Positions 39,465-51,300 of a stretch of 64,000 nucleotides of DNA are shown here, piece after piece (positions within the stretch are counted from its first letter, which is position 1; every line of letters begins with the position of its first letter). The stretch is from NCBI GenBank assembly GCA_965112735.1, contig OZ218958.1, positions 3,410,001-3,474,000 on the forward strand, written 5' to 3'. The DNA is from Phaeosaccion multiseriatum (lineage: Eukaryota; Protista; Ochrophyta, other classes). The notes beneath the pieces were generated by a model. The model saw only the letters and a program-made list of their open reading frames with translations, made no database searches and was not told the origin of the DNA. The position numbers and the translations under genes were made by a program.

Positions 39465-40198
39465 GTCTTCCTCCTCTTCCTACGCCGCCCGCCGCCCGCC
39501 GCCCTGTCGTAGGTCAGAAGCTCTTCGTATCAGCCTTCGTGAATAGCTGGCCCCTGATGCACTAGGGAAGAGTGGGTGGAGGTCTTCCTATCCACTCAAT
39601 TACCTGCCTTTTCCCATCCGCTGCCTTCCCTCTCCTTCCTTCCTTCCTTCCTTCCTTCCTTCCTTCCTTTATTTCCCTCCTTCCCTCTCCTTCCTTCCTT
39701 CCTTCCTTCCTTCTCTCCTTCCTTCCTTTCCTCTCCTTCCCTCTCCTTGCTGCCTCTCTCCCTCCCTCCCCTCCTTCGCGACAGAGGCGCCTCTGTCGTA
39801 TCTCTCAGAGCTCTCTCACCAGCAGCTTCCAGAACCCCGGGGGGCAGCAGGTCCGAGACAAAGTGCTGCAGAAGGCTTGCACAACATTCCTCGTCCCCAC
39901 CTTTCCTCAGGTCAGAGCCAGAGCCAGAGAGAGAGAGAAAGAGGAGGAGGGGGGTGGGCAGGGGTATGGGTAGAAGCTGAGAGAGAGGGGGGCAGGGGCA
40001 GAGACACAAAGAGAGGCAGGGGCCGACAGCCACAGAGAGGCAGAGGTAGAAGCAGAGAGGGAGGCAGGGGGTGGAGGCAAAGGCCGAGGCAGAGGCCCGG
40101 AGCGAGGGATGCTGTGCGAGCCTTTAAGCCTCCTCCCCCTCCCCACCCCTCCTCTCCTCAGATGATCGAGCCGTCGCTGGAGTGGCTACGCCTCTCCT

Positions 40199-40992
40199 GT
40201 GGACGACTTATTTGCCCAGGCCGCCATCGAGGAGCCTAGACCGCAGCAACAGCAGCAGCAGCAGCCGTTGGTGGTACGGCAGGAGCAACAATTAGTGGTG
40301 CGGGAGGGGCAGCAGTTGGTGGTGCGGGAGGGGCAGCAGTTGGTGGTACGGCAGGAGCAGCCGCGTGCAGTGTCCCCGGTGCCCTTGTCTGGCGTAGCAA
40401 CGATGGTGCAGGAGGCCCAAGGGCGTGACACCCAAGTAGAGGAAGGAGCTGAGCCGCGAGCAGAGGTTTACACCCCGCGGAGGGGCGGCGGCGAGAAGGG
40501 AGGTGAGAGGGATAGCAGCAATGAGAGGGGCAGTGAGAGGGACAGTGAGAGGGACAGCAGCGAGAGGGGCTGGAGCGGCTCGAGAAGGAGTGTGTCGAGG
40601 GGAAGTAGCGGCGGATTCTCGTGCAGCAGCGACTACGCCTGCGAGCGAGGAGAAGGAGGCCACGACAGTACCATGAGTCCACATGGGCTGCCGCAGCGGG
40701 AGAAGCAGCATCAGCAGGTGGTGATACGGCAGCAACCATCCCCTGTGGCAAGTGGGGAGACGACTCATGAGGAGTCCCCCTGGGCAGAGCCTCAGCCATC
40801 TGTGAATGTGTCTCCAACGACCGCTGCGGTAAGCCCCTCTGCCAGTTCTGCAGCTGCCGTGTCTCCCGGCCTGCTGCCCCCTGAGACTAGTGTGAGTTTG
40901 AGTTCGTCTCCTGCGTCTAGCGTGCTGCCCCCAGGGAATGATGCACCCCCTGGAACAATTTGTGAGCTCCCTGGGACAAGAGAAGTGGCCGC

Positions 40993-41028
<36 letters not shown>

Positions 41029-43515
41029 GTTGAGGGCCGACCATGCCTCCAAAGGGTGGGGGGTGATGGACAGTGACTGTGACTCCGAGGAAGACTCACA
41101 GTTGGCACAGCTCCAGAGAGAGGCGGACAGGGCGGAGGCAAAGCGCTTGGAGGCGGCAAGTGAGCTCGAGAAAGCGGAGAGAGGGGTGGACCAGCTGAGG
41201 AGGAGCAAGCAGCAGCAGGAGGAGGAGGAGCAAAGGACAAGGGAGGAGCAGGCACGGCAGGAGGCAGAACGGGCAGAGGAGGAGGACAGGGAGCGGAAGA
41301 GGCGAGAGGAACAGGCAGAGGCGGAGAGGAGGAGAGAGAAGACAAGGCGGAGGAGGAGGAGGGCGAGGGTGAGGAAGGCCAAGGAGAAGAGGACCGAGTG
41401 CCTGAGGGAAGCTCACACGGCGGCGAGGGACAAAGCTGAGAAGCAGGAGGCCCAAGTAGAGGAGGTTGTGACTCAAGCCGAGCAGTTGGTGGTTCAGGCG
41501 GAGAGGGGCGTGAAGGAGCTCGAGAGAGTCAAGGCAGAGCGGGAGAGAGCGAAAGCGGAGGGCAAGGGCAAGGCAGAGGAGGAGAGGGGGGAGGGGGAGG
41601 GGGAGGTGGAGAAGGAGAAGGACGAGGAGGAGGAGAGGGAGGAGGATGTGCGAGAGGCCCAAGCAGGGGTAGCAGCGCTGGCCAAGCTGTGGGTAGCTCA
41701 GGCACATCTTTTGGACGTTACAGCAAAGGCGGTGCGTGAGCTCAAGGGGCAGCAGGAGGGAGACCTTCTTCTTGTCGAGCAGGACCAGCAGCAGCAGTTG
41801 GTGATACAGCAGCAGCTACAGCAGGAGGAGGAGGAGGAAGAGGAGGAGGAGGAGGAGGAGGAGGCTACATCTGATGAAGGGGGCGACGAAGAAGCACCAC
41901 TAAGTGACACAGATGATGACATCGCCAATGCTTTGGATGTGCAACAGAGGCAGGAGGAGGTGATGAATGTGTGGGTAGAGCAGCAGCGGCGGACGCTCGT
42001 ACAAGCACAGCAACGGCTCCAAGCCGCACAAGAGGCTGTGACTGGGGCAGAGCGGGACCATACAGAGGCTGTGGAGCGAGCAGCGGCGCTGAGCAAGGCG
42101 GTAGGGAAGGAGAAGGAGAGGCGGAGGCTGAGGAGGAGGATCGAGGAGGCGAGGAGGGGTGAGCAGAGCGCTTGGGAGAGGGTGAGGGAGAAGGTCCTGG
42201 AGGGGCAAAGACTGGAGAGGCAGGTGAGGGCCGCGGCGGATGCCTTTCTTGCCCAGGGGGGGAAACGGAGAGGCCTCCAGCATCAGCCTGCGGAGGGTCC
42301 AGGGGGGCAGCAGCTGCCCCAGCCCGAGGGGGGGGGGGGCTGGGGATGAGGGCGGGAGAGGGGCAGACGCCATAACAACAAGAATCAGGGCCAGTGTGAG
42401 TGCCAGTGAGGATGCCAGTGTGAGTGCCAGTGCTGGAGGAGCGGTCCAGGCCCAAGGGGATGCCGTAGCAGACCAGCAAGGGACGCAAGGGAGGGGAGGA
42501 AGGAGAGGGAGAAGGCCCTCTAATGATGATCAGCACGAGGACAGTCGCGATGCCCGGACCCCTTCAGTGGAGCCCTCACTAGGCAGCGGGGACAGTCGGG
42601 AGGGAGAGCGGGGACAGGGAGGGGGGGGAAGGGGAGGGGGAGGGGGAGGTGGAGGCACGCACCACCCGAATCGCGGTAAACACCGCAGCCCCGTTCGGTC
42701 GCGGCGAAGTGAGGCCTCCGAGGGTGGCGAGGCGAGGAGGGAGAGGGGGGAGGCGAGGCAGCGACGGGGAAGGGCAGGGACGGGCCTTAGGGCAGCGCAT
42801 TCACACTGAAACTGGCTCGGACACTGATACCCTCACTGGCACGCATAGTGGCAGCGAGGCAGCGAGGAGGCGGAGGAGGCGCAGGAGGAGAAGGAGGGGC
42901 AGCGGTGAGGGGATTGAGGGGGGGTGTGACGGTGAGGACTGGAGTCAGGAGCGCGACGGCGGAGGTGGAGAGGAGGTGTGGGAGGGGAGGAGGAGGAGGA
43001 GGAGGAGGAGGAGCAGCGTCGGCTCCTCTGGGCCTATTCCTTATCCGCCCCTCTCTCGGGGGGCGGCGGAGGCGGGCAGGCAGGGGCAACAGGGGGGCAG
43101 ACGGCGGAGGAGCAGCCTTGGCGTGAGCGGACAGGACCGCAGCAGACGAGAGAGCTTGTTGGCCGACTCTATAGAGCACTCCGTTGGTAGAGATGAAGAC
43201 GCGGGGAGGAGGCAGAGGAGGAGGAGGAGGAGGAGCCGCTCACCCACACCCGACAGCCCGAGAGGAGGTGAGGGGGGTACTGAGGACACAAGAAGGGGCA
43301 GCACGAGAGGGAGCCCCGGTAGAGGAAGCCCCAGCAGCCCTCGGAGCGCCGCCAGCAGAGGGCAGGGGCAGGGGCAGTCATATGGGCATGGGCGGGATGG
43401 AGAGGACTCCGAGTCGGTGCTGAACGGCATCCTCAGGCACACCGCCACCTTAGCCGACGCCGTGGCCAAGAGGCACATGTCGCTCGCCGTCTCAGCCGAG
43501 GCCTCCGAACAGTAA
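40199..43515 (+). CDS. Low-complexity coiled-coil hypothetical protein; 5' end unresolved; apparent frameshifts at G-runs (~42327-42339, ~42620-42650)
   Basis: A 716-aa ORF with E/R/Q coiled coil is continued by overlapping ORFs 42240-42809 and 42649-43515. An upstream exon-like segment lies at 39786-39910. Confidence 0.5.
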
Positions 43516-44569
43516 GTCAGTAAGTCAGTAAGCGAATGAGAGTGACGGTAGTGACGGTGAGGCTGAGGGGTGGGGCTTGTGTGGTTGTGTGTGTTGAGTT
43601 TGAGTGTTGAGCCTGCTGTACCCGTCTCGTCTCGCAACCAACACCGGGGCAGGGCAGGCAGGGCTCAGCGGCTCTACGCCCACCCCGAAGGAAGCCCCAA
43701 AGCTCCAAGGACAAGGGGACCTCTGCTCATTCTGAGACACCATCAGCACTCACGGACACTGTGTCCTGACACCACCCGCTCTTGACACTAATTGGAACTG
43801 CCACAGGCTCATCGGTATGGGGGCTTCCCTTGTGGGGGAGGGCAGCGCGGTGTATGAGGCAGCAAGCCCCACTGCTTCTCGCAACTCAAGCTGGCCCTAC
43901 AGCGAAGCAGACTGACGTCTGACTTGAGGCCGTCAGCGCTTTGTAGTACCTGGTGTCCACCAGCTGGCCGTACGGCCAGGGCGGCTGAGAGAGGACTGAG
44001 TGGGGACTGACTGAAGAGGGAGACAAAGAGGGACTCTCTCTTGCACTCTGATATCTGTACCTGGTGTCAGCCCCAACCCCCTCGTGGCGCTGCGACTCCC
44101 ACTCCTTGGATCCTACACCAACCAACACACTTTTGAGTCTTTCCGTCCTGGCCGGCCCATAGCTAGCTAGGCCTACCCATCGACGCAGATGGCTCATTCC
44201 AGTGGCCGCCCCAAAGCTTCCTCAAACGGGAGAGCGGGAGGTGTCGGGCAGCGGCAGACGGTGGCAGCCTTCGTGGACTCTCTCTTGGCCTGGGTGAGTC
44301 GAGGCCTGGGCCTGCAGGCAGACACTCTGAGAGCAGGCAGGCAGTGATGATAACAAAGACAGTTCAAGAGGGCACTTTGCTGTCGCACCGCAGCGGAAGG
44401 GAGGGGTGGGCGAGCGGAGGGTGGCAGGTCAGGATAGGCCTCACTCCTGGTTGGAGCACTGTAGACGCTCCCACGTGGTACCATTCTAGTAGGGGCAGTT
44501 GAGCAGTACGATCAAAACAAATTCACCAAAGAAATGTCTTAATTAATTTAAAAAAAAAAAAAAAGTATT

Positions 44570-46230
44570 TTAGGGTAGGGAATTATCACGGTGTACCTGA
44601 AGCCCCTCGGGGAGGTCTGCAGGCAGTGGGTACCCCCACCCCACCGTAAGCTTCTTCAGCCCAGCAGGTAGGCTCGGAAGAGGGCAGGAGGATTCAGGAC
44701 TCAGTGTAAGAGCCTGCACAGAGGGAGGGAGGTCCAGGGGGAGGTTAAAGTCAGCCCCCATTTCCACCTCCTCTACACCATTGGGAAGGACCACAGGCTG
44801 ATTGAATCCACCTCCAAAAGTGACCTTCTTCAGCGAGGAAGGGAGAACGATTGGCCTGTTGAACACTGAGAGGCCTGAAAACTTCAGCTCCTCCAGAGAG
44901 CTTGGTAGCACCAAATCAGCCTGATCGAAGTGTAATCCAAAAGTGACCTTCTTCAGCGAGGAAGGGAGATCGATTGGCCTGTTAAACCTTGAGCGGTCTG
45001 AAAACTTCAGCTCCTCCAAAGAGCTTGGTAGCACCAAATCAGCCTGATCGAAGAAAACTCCAAAAGTGACCTTCTTCAGCGAGGAAGGGAGAACGATTGG
45101 GCTGTTGAACTGTGACATTAATGAAAACTCCAGCTCCTCCAAAGAGCTTGGTAACACCAAATCAGCCTGATCGAAGGGAGCTCTTCCAAAAGTGACCTTC
45201 TTCAGCGAGGAAGGGAGATCGATTGGCCTGTTGAGCCTTGAGTTCCATAAATCCAGCTCCTCCAGAGAGCTTGGTAACACCAAATCAGCCCGATCGAAGC
45301 AGAATCCAAAGGTGACCTTCTTCAGGGAGGAAGGGAGAACGATTGGCCCGTTGAACGATGAGTTCCATGAAAATTTCAACTCCTCCAGAGAGCTTGGTAG
45401 CACCAAATCAGCCTGATCGAAGGAATTTCCAAAAGTGACCATCTTCAGTGAGGAAGGGAGAACGATTGGCCTGGCAACAATGAGTTCGATGAAAACTCCA
45501 CCTCCTCCAGAGAGCTTGGTAGCACCAAATCAGCCTGATTGAAGCGCCGGCCAAAAGTGACCTTCTTCAGTGAGGAAGGAAGACCGATACGCCTGTTGAA
45601 CCACGACAATGGTGGAAACTCCACCTCCTCCACGCCGCTCCGCACAACAGCGTCGCAAGCATCGAAGAACTCCGAAAAACCCACACGCTTGACCGACAGT
45701 GGCAACAGCGCCAACACTTTGAGAGCAAGAGCCGCATCAGTTGGAGTCAGCTCGTCAGCGCCTTGACGTTGGATGCCGAGGCGCACCGCCCCGACGGGAA
45801 AGGAGCCCGCCATACCATGGTCCGGCTGCCTCGCCCTAACCCTCCCCGACCTTCGAAGCCCTTCCACGGCATGTCTTCCCCTCATGGAGGCGGGAGGAGG
45901 GGAGGAAGCCGCAGCAAGGCGTTGAGTCTCCTCGCGCTCCCGCTGTTGCTGCTGCTTCAGCATGCTCAGCACCCGTGACTGGATAGCTTGTGGCATCTCG
46001 GCTTTGATCACCAAAGCGCGGGAAGTTAACTTGTCCACCTCCTTGCATACTCCCCACAGAGCCTTGTTCGAAACACGGCCGGCAACCACCCTCAATGCCG
46101 CCGGCCCGCTGCTGCTGAGACTGGTGCGCTCTGGCAAATTTCCCCCCGCTCCATCGGTCTTTTGATGACTTTCTTCCACCACGCTGTCCCCCCCCTTCGT
46201 TTCACCTCCCTTCGACGTGCTGCCCTTCAT
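44570..46230 (-). pseudogene. Second FNIP-repeat paralog (six 41-aa units) split by a -1 frameshift at ~45473-45477
   Basis: ORFs 45445-46230 and 44570-45442. The consensus TTC AAC AGG is replaced by TTG CC AGG. The C-terminal cap is nearly identical to that of the 37551 copy. Confidence 0.8.
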
Positions 46231-46469
46231 TGTACTCTCTCTCCTTCCCCCTTTCCAGCGTCACTTCAATACTTCACTGTGGTGGGGTGGTGTAGTAGAC
46301 CGACTGATCGGGAATAGGGGGGAAGAACGTCAAAAAGGAGCTGACTTGACGTGTTGGTGCTAGAATCGTCGAGGGCTCACAGCTCCGAGGGCTAGAAGAG
46401 GGGGGGGGCAATAATCGGCCTCTTCCTCTTCCTTTCGATTCCCACCTCTGCTTCTCTTACGATTCCAAC

Positions 46470-47930
46470 ATGGAGGACATACATGCAAGTATCGCAGCAG
46501 TGTGCAGGAAGGAGCAGGCAGTGGAGCAGGCGTTGAGCGCGCGGGGCAGCTACCTGGGGCTGAGCTTGGGAGGAGCAGCACCAGCAGCGGATGGTGAGAG
46601 GGAGGGGGTGAGGAAGGAGCTGCTGATGCACCTCCAAGCTTTGAGAGAGGAGAAGAAGCAGCTGAGAGAGGAGAAGGCTCACGAGAGGGACGATAAGGCG
46701 AAGAAGAAGTCTCACAAGAGGGACGAGAAGGTACCCGAGATGGAGAAGGAGGCAAAGCTATTCGAGGAGAAGACAAAAGAGAGGGCCCTGGAGAGAGAGA
46801 AGGAGCTTATCCTCCTCCGCCTCGAAGTGCAACCCTCAGCAGCCCCCAGAAGCCGCAGCCCCCACAATCCGGACGCCGAGGTCGAGGAGGGGAAGGCAGG
46901 GAGAGACAGGAGGGGGGGTCGAAAGCGGCGACGTCCAATCTCCAGAGGAGAGGGTGGATACGGCGGACGTGCTACCTCTCATCGACTTCCCCTTCCTAGC
47001 TCGGGCGCCTGTGCAAATGCCTTTGGCATGAGAGAGGTATATGGAAAGGTGATGGAGCTCGTGGGGAAGTGGGGAAGGGGGAGTACGCTTTCGTGGCGAC
47101 GGTGTGCAAGGAGTGGAGGGGGTACTACATTGTGGAACACGCAGCCAAGACGAGCCAAAGGAGTGTAGTTGCCTCCATCGATCGTGTGTACTGGGCCAGG
47201 AGGCACGGCTACGAGCTGACAGTCGAAACGTTCAGGGCCGCTGCTCAGTATGGAGATGTGAGCATGTGCAAGGCCCTCCATCACATGGGCTGTGCCTGGG
47301 ATGAGGAGGTGTGCGAAGGGGCATTGAAAAATGAGCGGCACAGCCTGCGTGTGCTCTCAAGTGGCTGCGCTCAGAGGACTCGGCTGACGGCAAGGAGGGG
47401 AAATGCCCGTGGAATGTGGAGGTCTGCCATGGTGCTGTGCGGAGGGGGGACTTGCAACTGCTGGAGTGGCTTCTGTCGGATGACGTGAACGCCCCCTTTG
47501 ATGTGGATGTGTGGCTCTGTGCTATTCGTTATGGGCACATCTCTGCGCTGGCATGGCTGCTGAACAATCCCAAGGTCAGGGCCAAGCTGGAGGGAGCGGA
47601 GGAGGGCAGTTGGTGGAGGAGGGGACCTTGGAAGGCTGCCATTTTCGGCCGTTTCGACGCTCTGCGGTGGCTGCATGCCAATGCGAGTGGGTTTGTGATT
47701 GGACCCCTGACGCTTGCAGTTGTGCAGTTCAATACAGTAGGAGCCTGGAAATGCTGCAGTGGCTCCGCTCAGAAGAGGTGGGCTGTCCGTGGGACGAGGG
47801 TGTCTGTCCAGAGGCCATCAAGACAGCAAAGGCGGCACTTGGTCGAAATTGGACAATCGAGGGCGGTGTCTTTGAGGACATCAAGCAGTGGGTGCATGCC
47901 AATGGGCACCCCTGCGACTGCGAGGACTGA
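46470..47930 (+). pseudogene. Intronless ankyrin-repeat gene (GCPWDE type) with coiled-coil header and F-box-like segment; three frameshifts
   Basis: Fragments across frames: FVATVCKEWR, GCAWDEEVCEGA, GDLQLLEWLL, GHISALAWL, LEMLQWLRSEEVGCPWDEGVC. Frameshifts are at an 8-bp duplication GTGGGGAA (~47061-47076), an extra TC (~47355) and ~47713. Confidence 0.8.
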
Positions 47931-48356
47931 CGAGCCAGAAGCAGTGTATGTGTGTATGGCCTCTCATGATCGGAGAGCGAGGCCTCCTCCGCCTCCGCCT
48001 CCGACGACGACGACAACGACGACTCAATACATGTGTTGCCCTATGCCTGCTATGCCTGCCCATATACCTGAGCTGCTCTGCCCTACTCTCTCTCTCTCAC
48101 AAACACACCGTCACGGAACATTTCGACGCCCCCCCCCCCCACCGACGACCTTGCCGCTCTCTCTCTTTGTGTTGCCGTCACCTCTGTACGGTAACTAGTT
48201 GGTTGTTTTCTTTGTTTGTGTGCGCTTGTTGCCTTGTTCCAAGTGTTGCGACAAAAAAAAAAAAAAAAAATTGAAGTGTTTTATTCTCTATGGTCCTTCA
48301 TGTGTTGTGTTGTGATGTTCTATGGTCCTTCCCTTTGCCATCTGTGACATCTGCCC

Positions 48357-51300
48357 TCAGCGCAGCGCAGAGCGAAGCTTGACAATCCCGCTCGAGTCCG
48401 CTGACGCTAAGCCCAGCCCCGAGGGGGCCACCGCCACGCACACCACCGGGAAGGCGTGGAGGCTTCTTGCCGGCAGGAAGGGGGGGCTGGGGCTGGCCAC
48501 GCACGCACTCACACACTCGCTGCTGCCCTTGTTCGAGGATGCCTGGAGAGAGAGGCAATGCAGGAGTAGACAGGAGGGAGGGAGGGAGGGAGGGAGGGAG
48601 GGAGGGAGGGAGGGAGGTTAAGGAGGGGAGACGGGTGCAAGACTTACGCAAGCGGGGCACCCCAGGTAGGGGGGGAGGGTAGATTGGGGGGGGGCTTTAG
48701 AGCACCAACACACGAACTTGGGCTAGGAAGGGCAGGGGGGGTAAGGAGGGCCTTTAGCGGAGTCGGCAAGTGCTCAGAGGCGGTGAAGACGCGCTCCTCG
48801 CTTCCTTCTTCTCCCCTACCCCTGCCATCCACTGCCATCCCTTAGACCCGTCCACACGGCCATCCTCTGCCACCCTTGGCATGAGTGTGTGATGTACCAT
48901 ACCTGCCACGCTCTGACTGTGCCGTCTCGCAGCCCCGCAATGACTAATCCGTCGCTGCCGCCATCTGTGAGGTGCATGGCCACAGCCGTCCGCTGCGATC
49001 CGTCCTGAGAGGAGAGCGACACGCTGTACAGGGGGGGCACTCTCTCGGCTGCTTGCCCCGGGGGGAGGGTTCCCCGGGGGGACATTCCCAGGGGGGGGCG
49101 GTGGGCGTGCACTGCGGCCGCACCGTCGCCTGAGGGGAGAAAAAGCATACATAATACACGTACGTAAGCTCACGTGAGAATGCCCCGCTCTAGGCTCTAG
49201 GCCCTAGGCTCTAGGCTCTCCACTTCATCCGCTCCCTCCCCATTCATTCATTCACTGCCTTACTAACCTGAGGACAGGATGTGCCTCCCCCCCGGGCCGA
49301 ATTGCACCGCCCACCCGCCCCCCCTGCTGCTCCCCCTGGAGGGCAGGCGCAGCACGGCGGACAGCCCACAGAGCCCAGAGCCCAGCATAGAGCTATGCAG
49401 TCCACAGAGCGCAGAGCCCAGCATAGAGCTATGCAGTCCACAGAGCCCAGAGCCCAGCATAGAGCTATGCAGTCCAGACCTGTGCAGCCCCGTAGCCGGA
49501 GGGAGGAGCGTCAGCCCGTCCCGTGTCCTCGCCCTTCCGCCCTCCCCTGCCATCTCCAACCCCATGTCTATGTCCGCTGTAGCCGTCGCTGTAGCCGCCT
49601 CTGTAACCGTCTGTTCCGCTTCGGGCTCCCACATCCCCTCCCACACGCTCCGCTGCCTCTGCTTGTGCCTGGATGTTGTCGAGGGCACGCCGCACCGCGT
49701 CCTGCCTCCTCCTGTAGCACCACCCGCTGCCTCCTTCCCTTGGAAGCCGAGTGGTGCCAACGTTGCAAGGCTCCCCTCCTGATGCAAGGGGCTGCCCAAC
49801 AGCCGCAGATCCCACAGCTGCACCACCCCCTGCCGCGCTCTCGTATCCGCCCCGCCCCCCCCGCCCCCCTCGCCCACACAGCACGCGAACTCATTGGCGT
49901 TGGCAGGGTTGATGGACAGACTCGTTACTGCCCCCCCTACCCCTGTTCCTGCTCCTCCCCTCCTCCCTTCCCCTCCTCCCCCTCTTCCCCTTCCTCCCCC
50001 TCCTCGCCCTCCTCCCCTCCCTCCTCCTCCCCCCCTACAACTGGCGCCGATTTGAACGAGGAGCACGTCCCTGTGCCCACTCCGAGCGTCCCACACGCGC
50101 ACCGTCCCGTCCGCCCCGCTGGACATGAAGCAATGAGCACAGTCCACTCCCCCCCCTCCCCAGCCATTGGTTTGGGCGAACACATCGCAGTCGGTGACGA
50201 AGCCCGTGTGTCCGTGGAAAGCCTCGGCCCCGGTGGCGGCTCTGCTCGTCCTCGTGTACGTATGAGCGTGAGTGTGAGGGACGTGGCCATCTGCTGCCAT
50301 CTCTAGAGGGAGCAGGTGCAGCAGGCCATCGTCCCCGCAAGAGAGCGCCTTGGGGTCTGCCCCTCCCCCTCCCCCTCCGCGGGGCAGCAGCTTGAGAGCG
50401 TTGATTGCAGTCCCGTGTTGATGCAGCGGTATTGGGCACAGGGGCGTAGGGCGAGACAGATCCTGGCCATGACCAGAGCCGCTCCTAGTGCTTCCCAATC
50501 TGCCTCCTCCTCCTCCTCCTCTCCACCCCCCGCTCCGTCGGGGGCCTCGCCTCCCGCGCCTCTCCTCCCCCTCCCTCCCCTCCTCCTCCTCCTCCTCCTC
50601 CTCCTCCTCCTCCTCCTCCTCCTCCTCCTCCTCCTCCTCCTCCTCCCCTCCCCCCTCCCCCTTGAGGCGTGTGACTGCGAGCCCCCCCTGCTCATCCCCC
50701 GTGACCATGAGATCCCCCCCCTCGCTCAGACACAGCGCACTCACCGCCGTAATGCCGTTACGGAAAGTCAAGGGAGGGGCGTTCCAGGCCCGACAAAAGA
50801 GCACGTGCTCCATCTGATGCCTGCTCGGAGGAGCCAGTTGAGCCGCCATTTGCTGCCTTCTCTTCCCTCCCCACCCCCCCCCTCCGGGACGGGTCGCAGC
50901 GCCGGTCTTGCCCCACAGCGCCCCCTGGTGCAGCAGATAGGGCAGCGTGTGGCGCGTGTCTTTGAGCACTGCCGTGGTGCCCCCCACCGCCTTGCTGCCA
51001 CTGCCATCCACTGCCTTACTGCTGCCCGGCACCTTCTGATCCAGCTCGAGGGTTACCGAGTCGAGATCTCGGTAGGCCTCTCGCAGCGCTGAGAGGTGCC
51101 GCCGCTCTTGTTCGGCTTGCTCGCTCTCTCCGCCCTGGATAGTGGAGAAGGAGGAGGAGGGTGATGCGTGGTACCCCGCTGCCCTCCCTCCTCCTCCCCA
51201 TCCTCCTGCCCCTCCCCCCACCCCTCCTGCTACCCCTCCTCTCTGGGCTCTAATTGCACTCGTTGAGCCCTTACGTCGTCCGCTGCCATCTGCGTTGGCC

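Noticed and set aside
42320-42650. Programmed frameshifting in the coiled-coil gene
   Set aside because: The frame changes coincide with long G homopolymers, so they are more likely sequencing or assembly indels.
35864-48270. Endogenous giant virus or Polinton
   Set aside because: FNIP and ankyrin genes are virus-like, but no capsid, polymerase, packaging ATPase or integrase gene is present.
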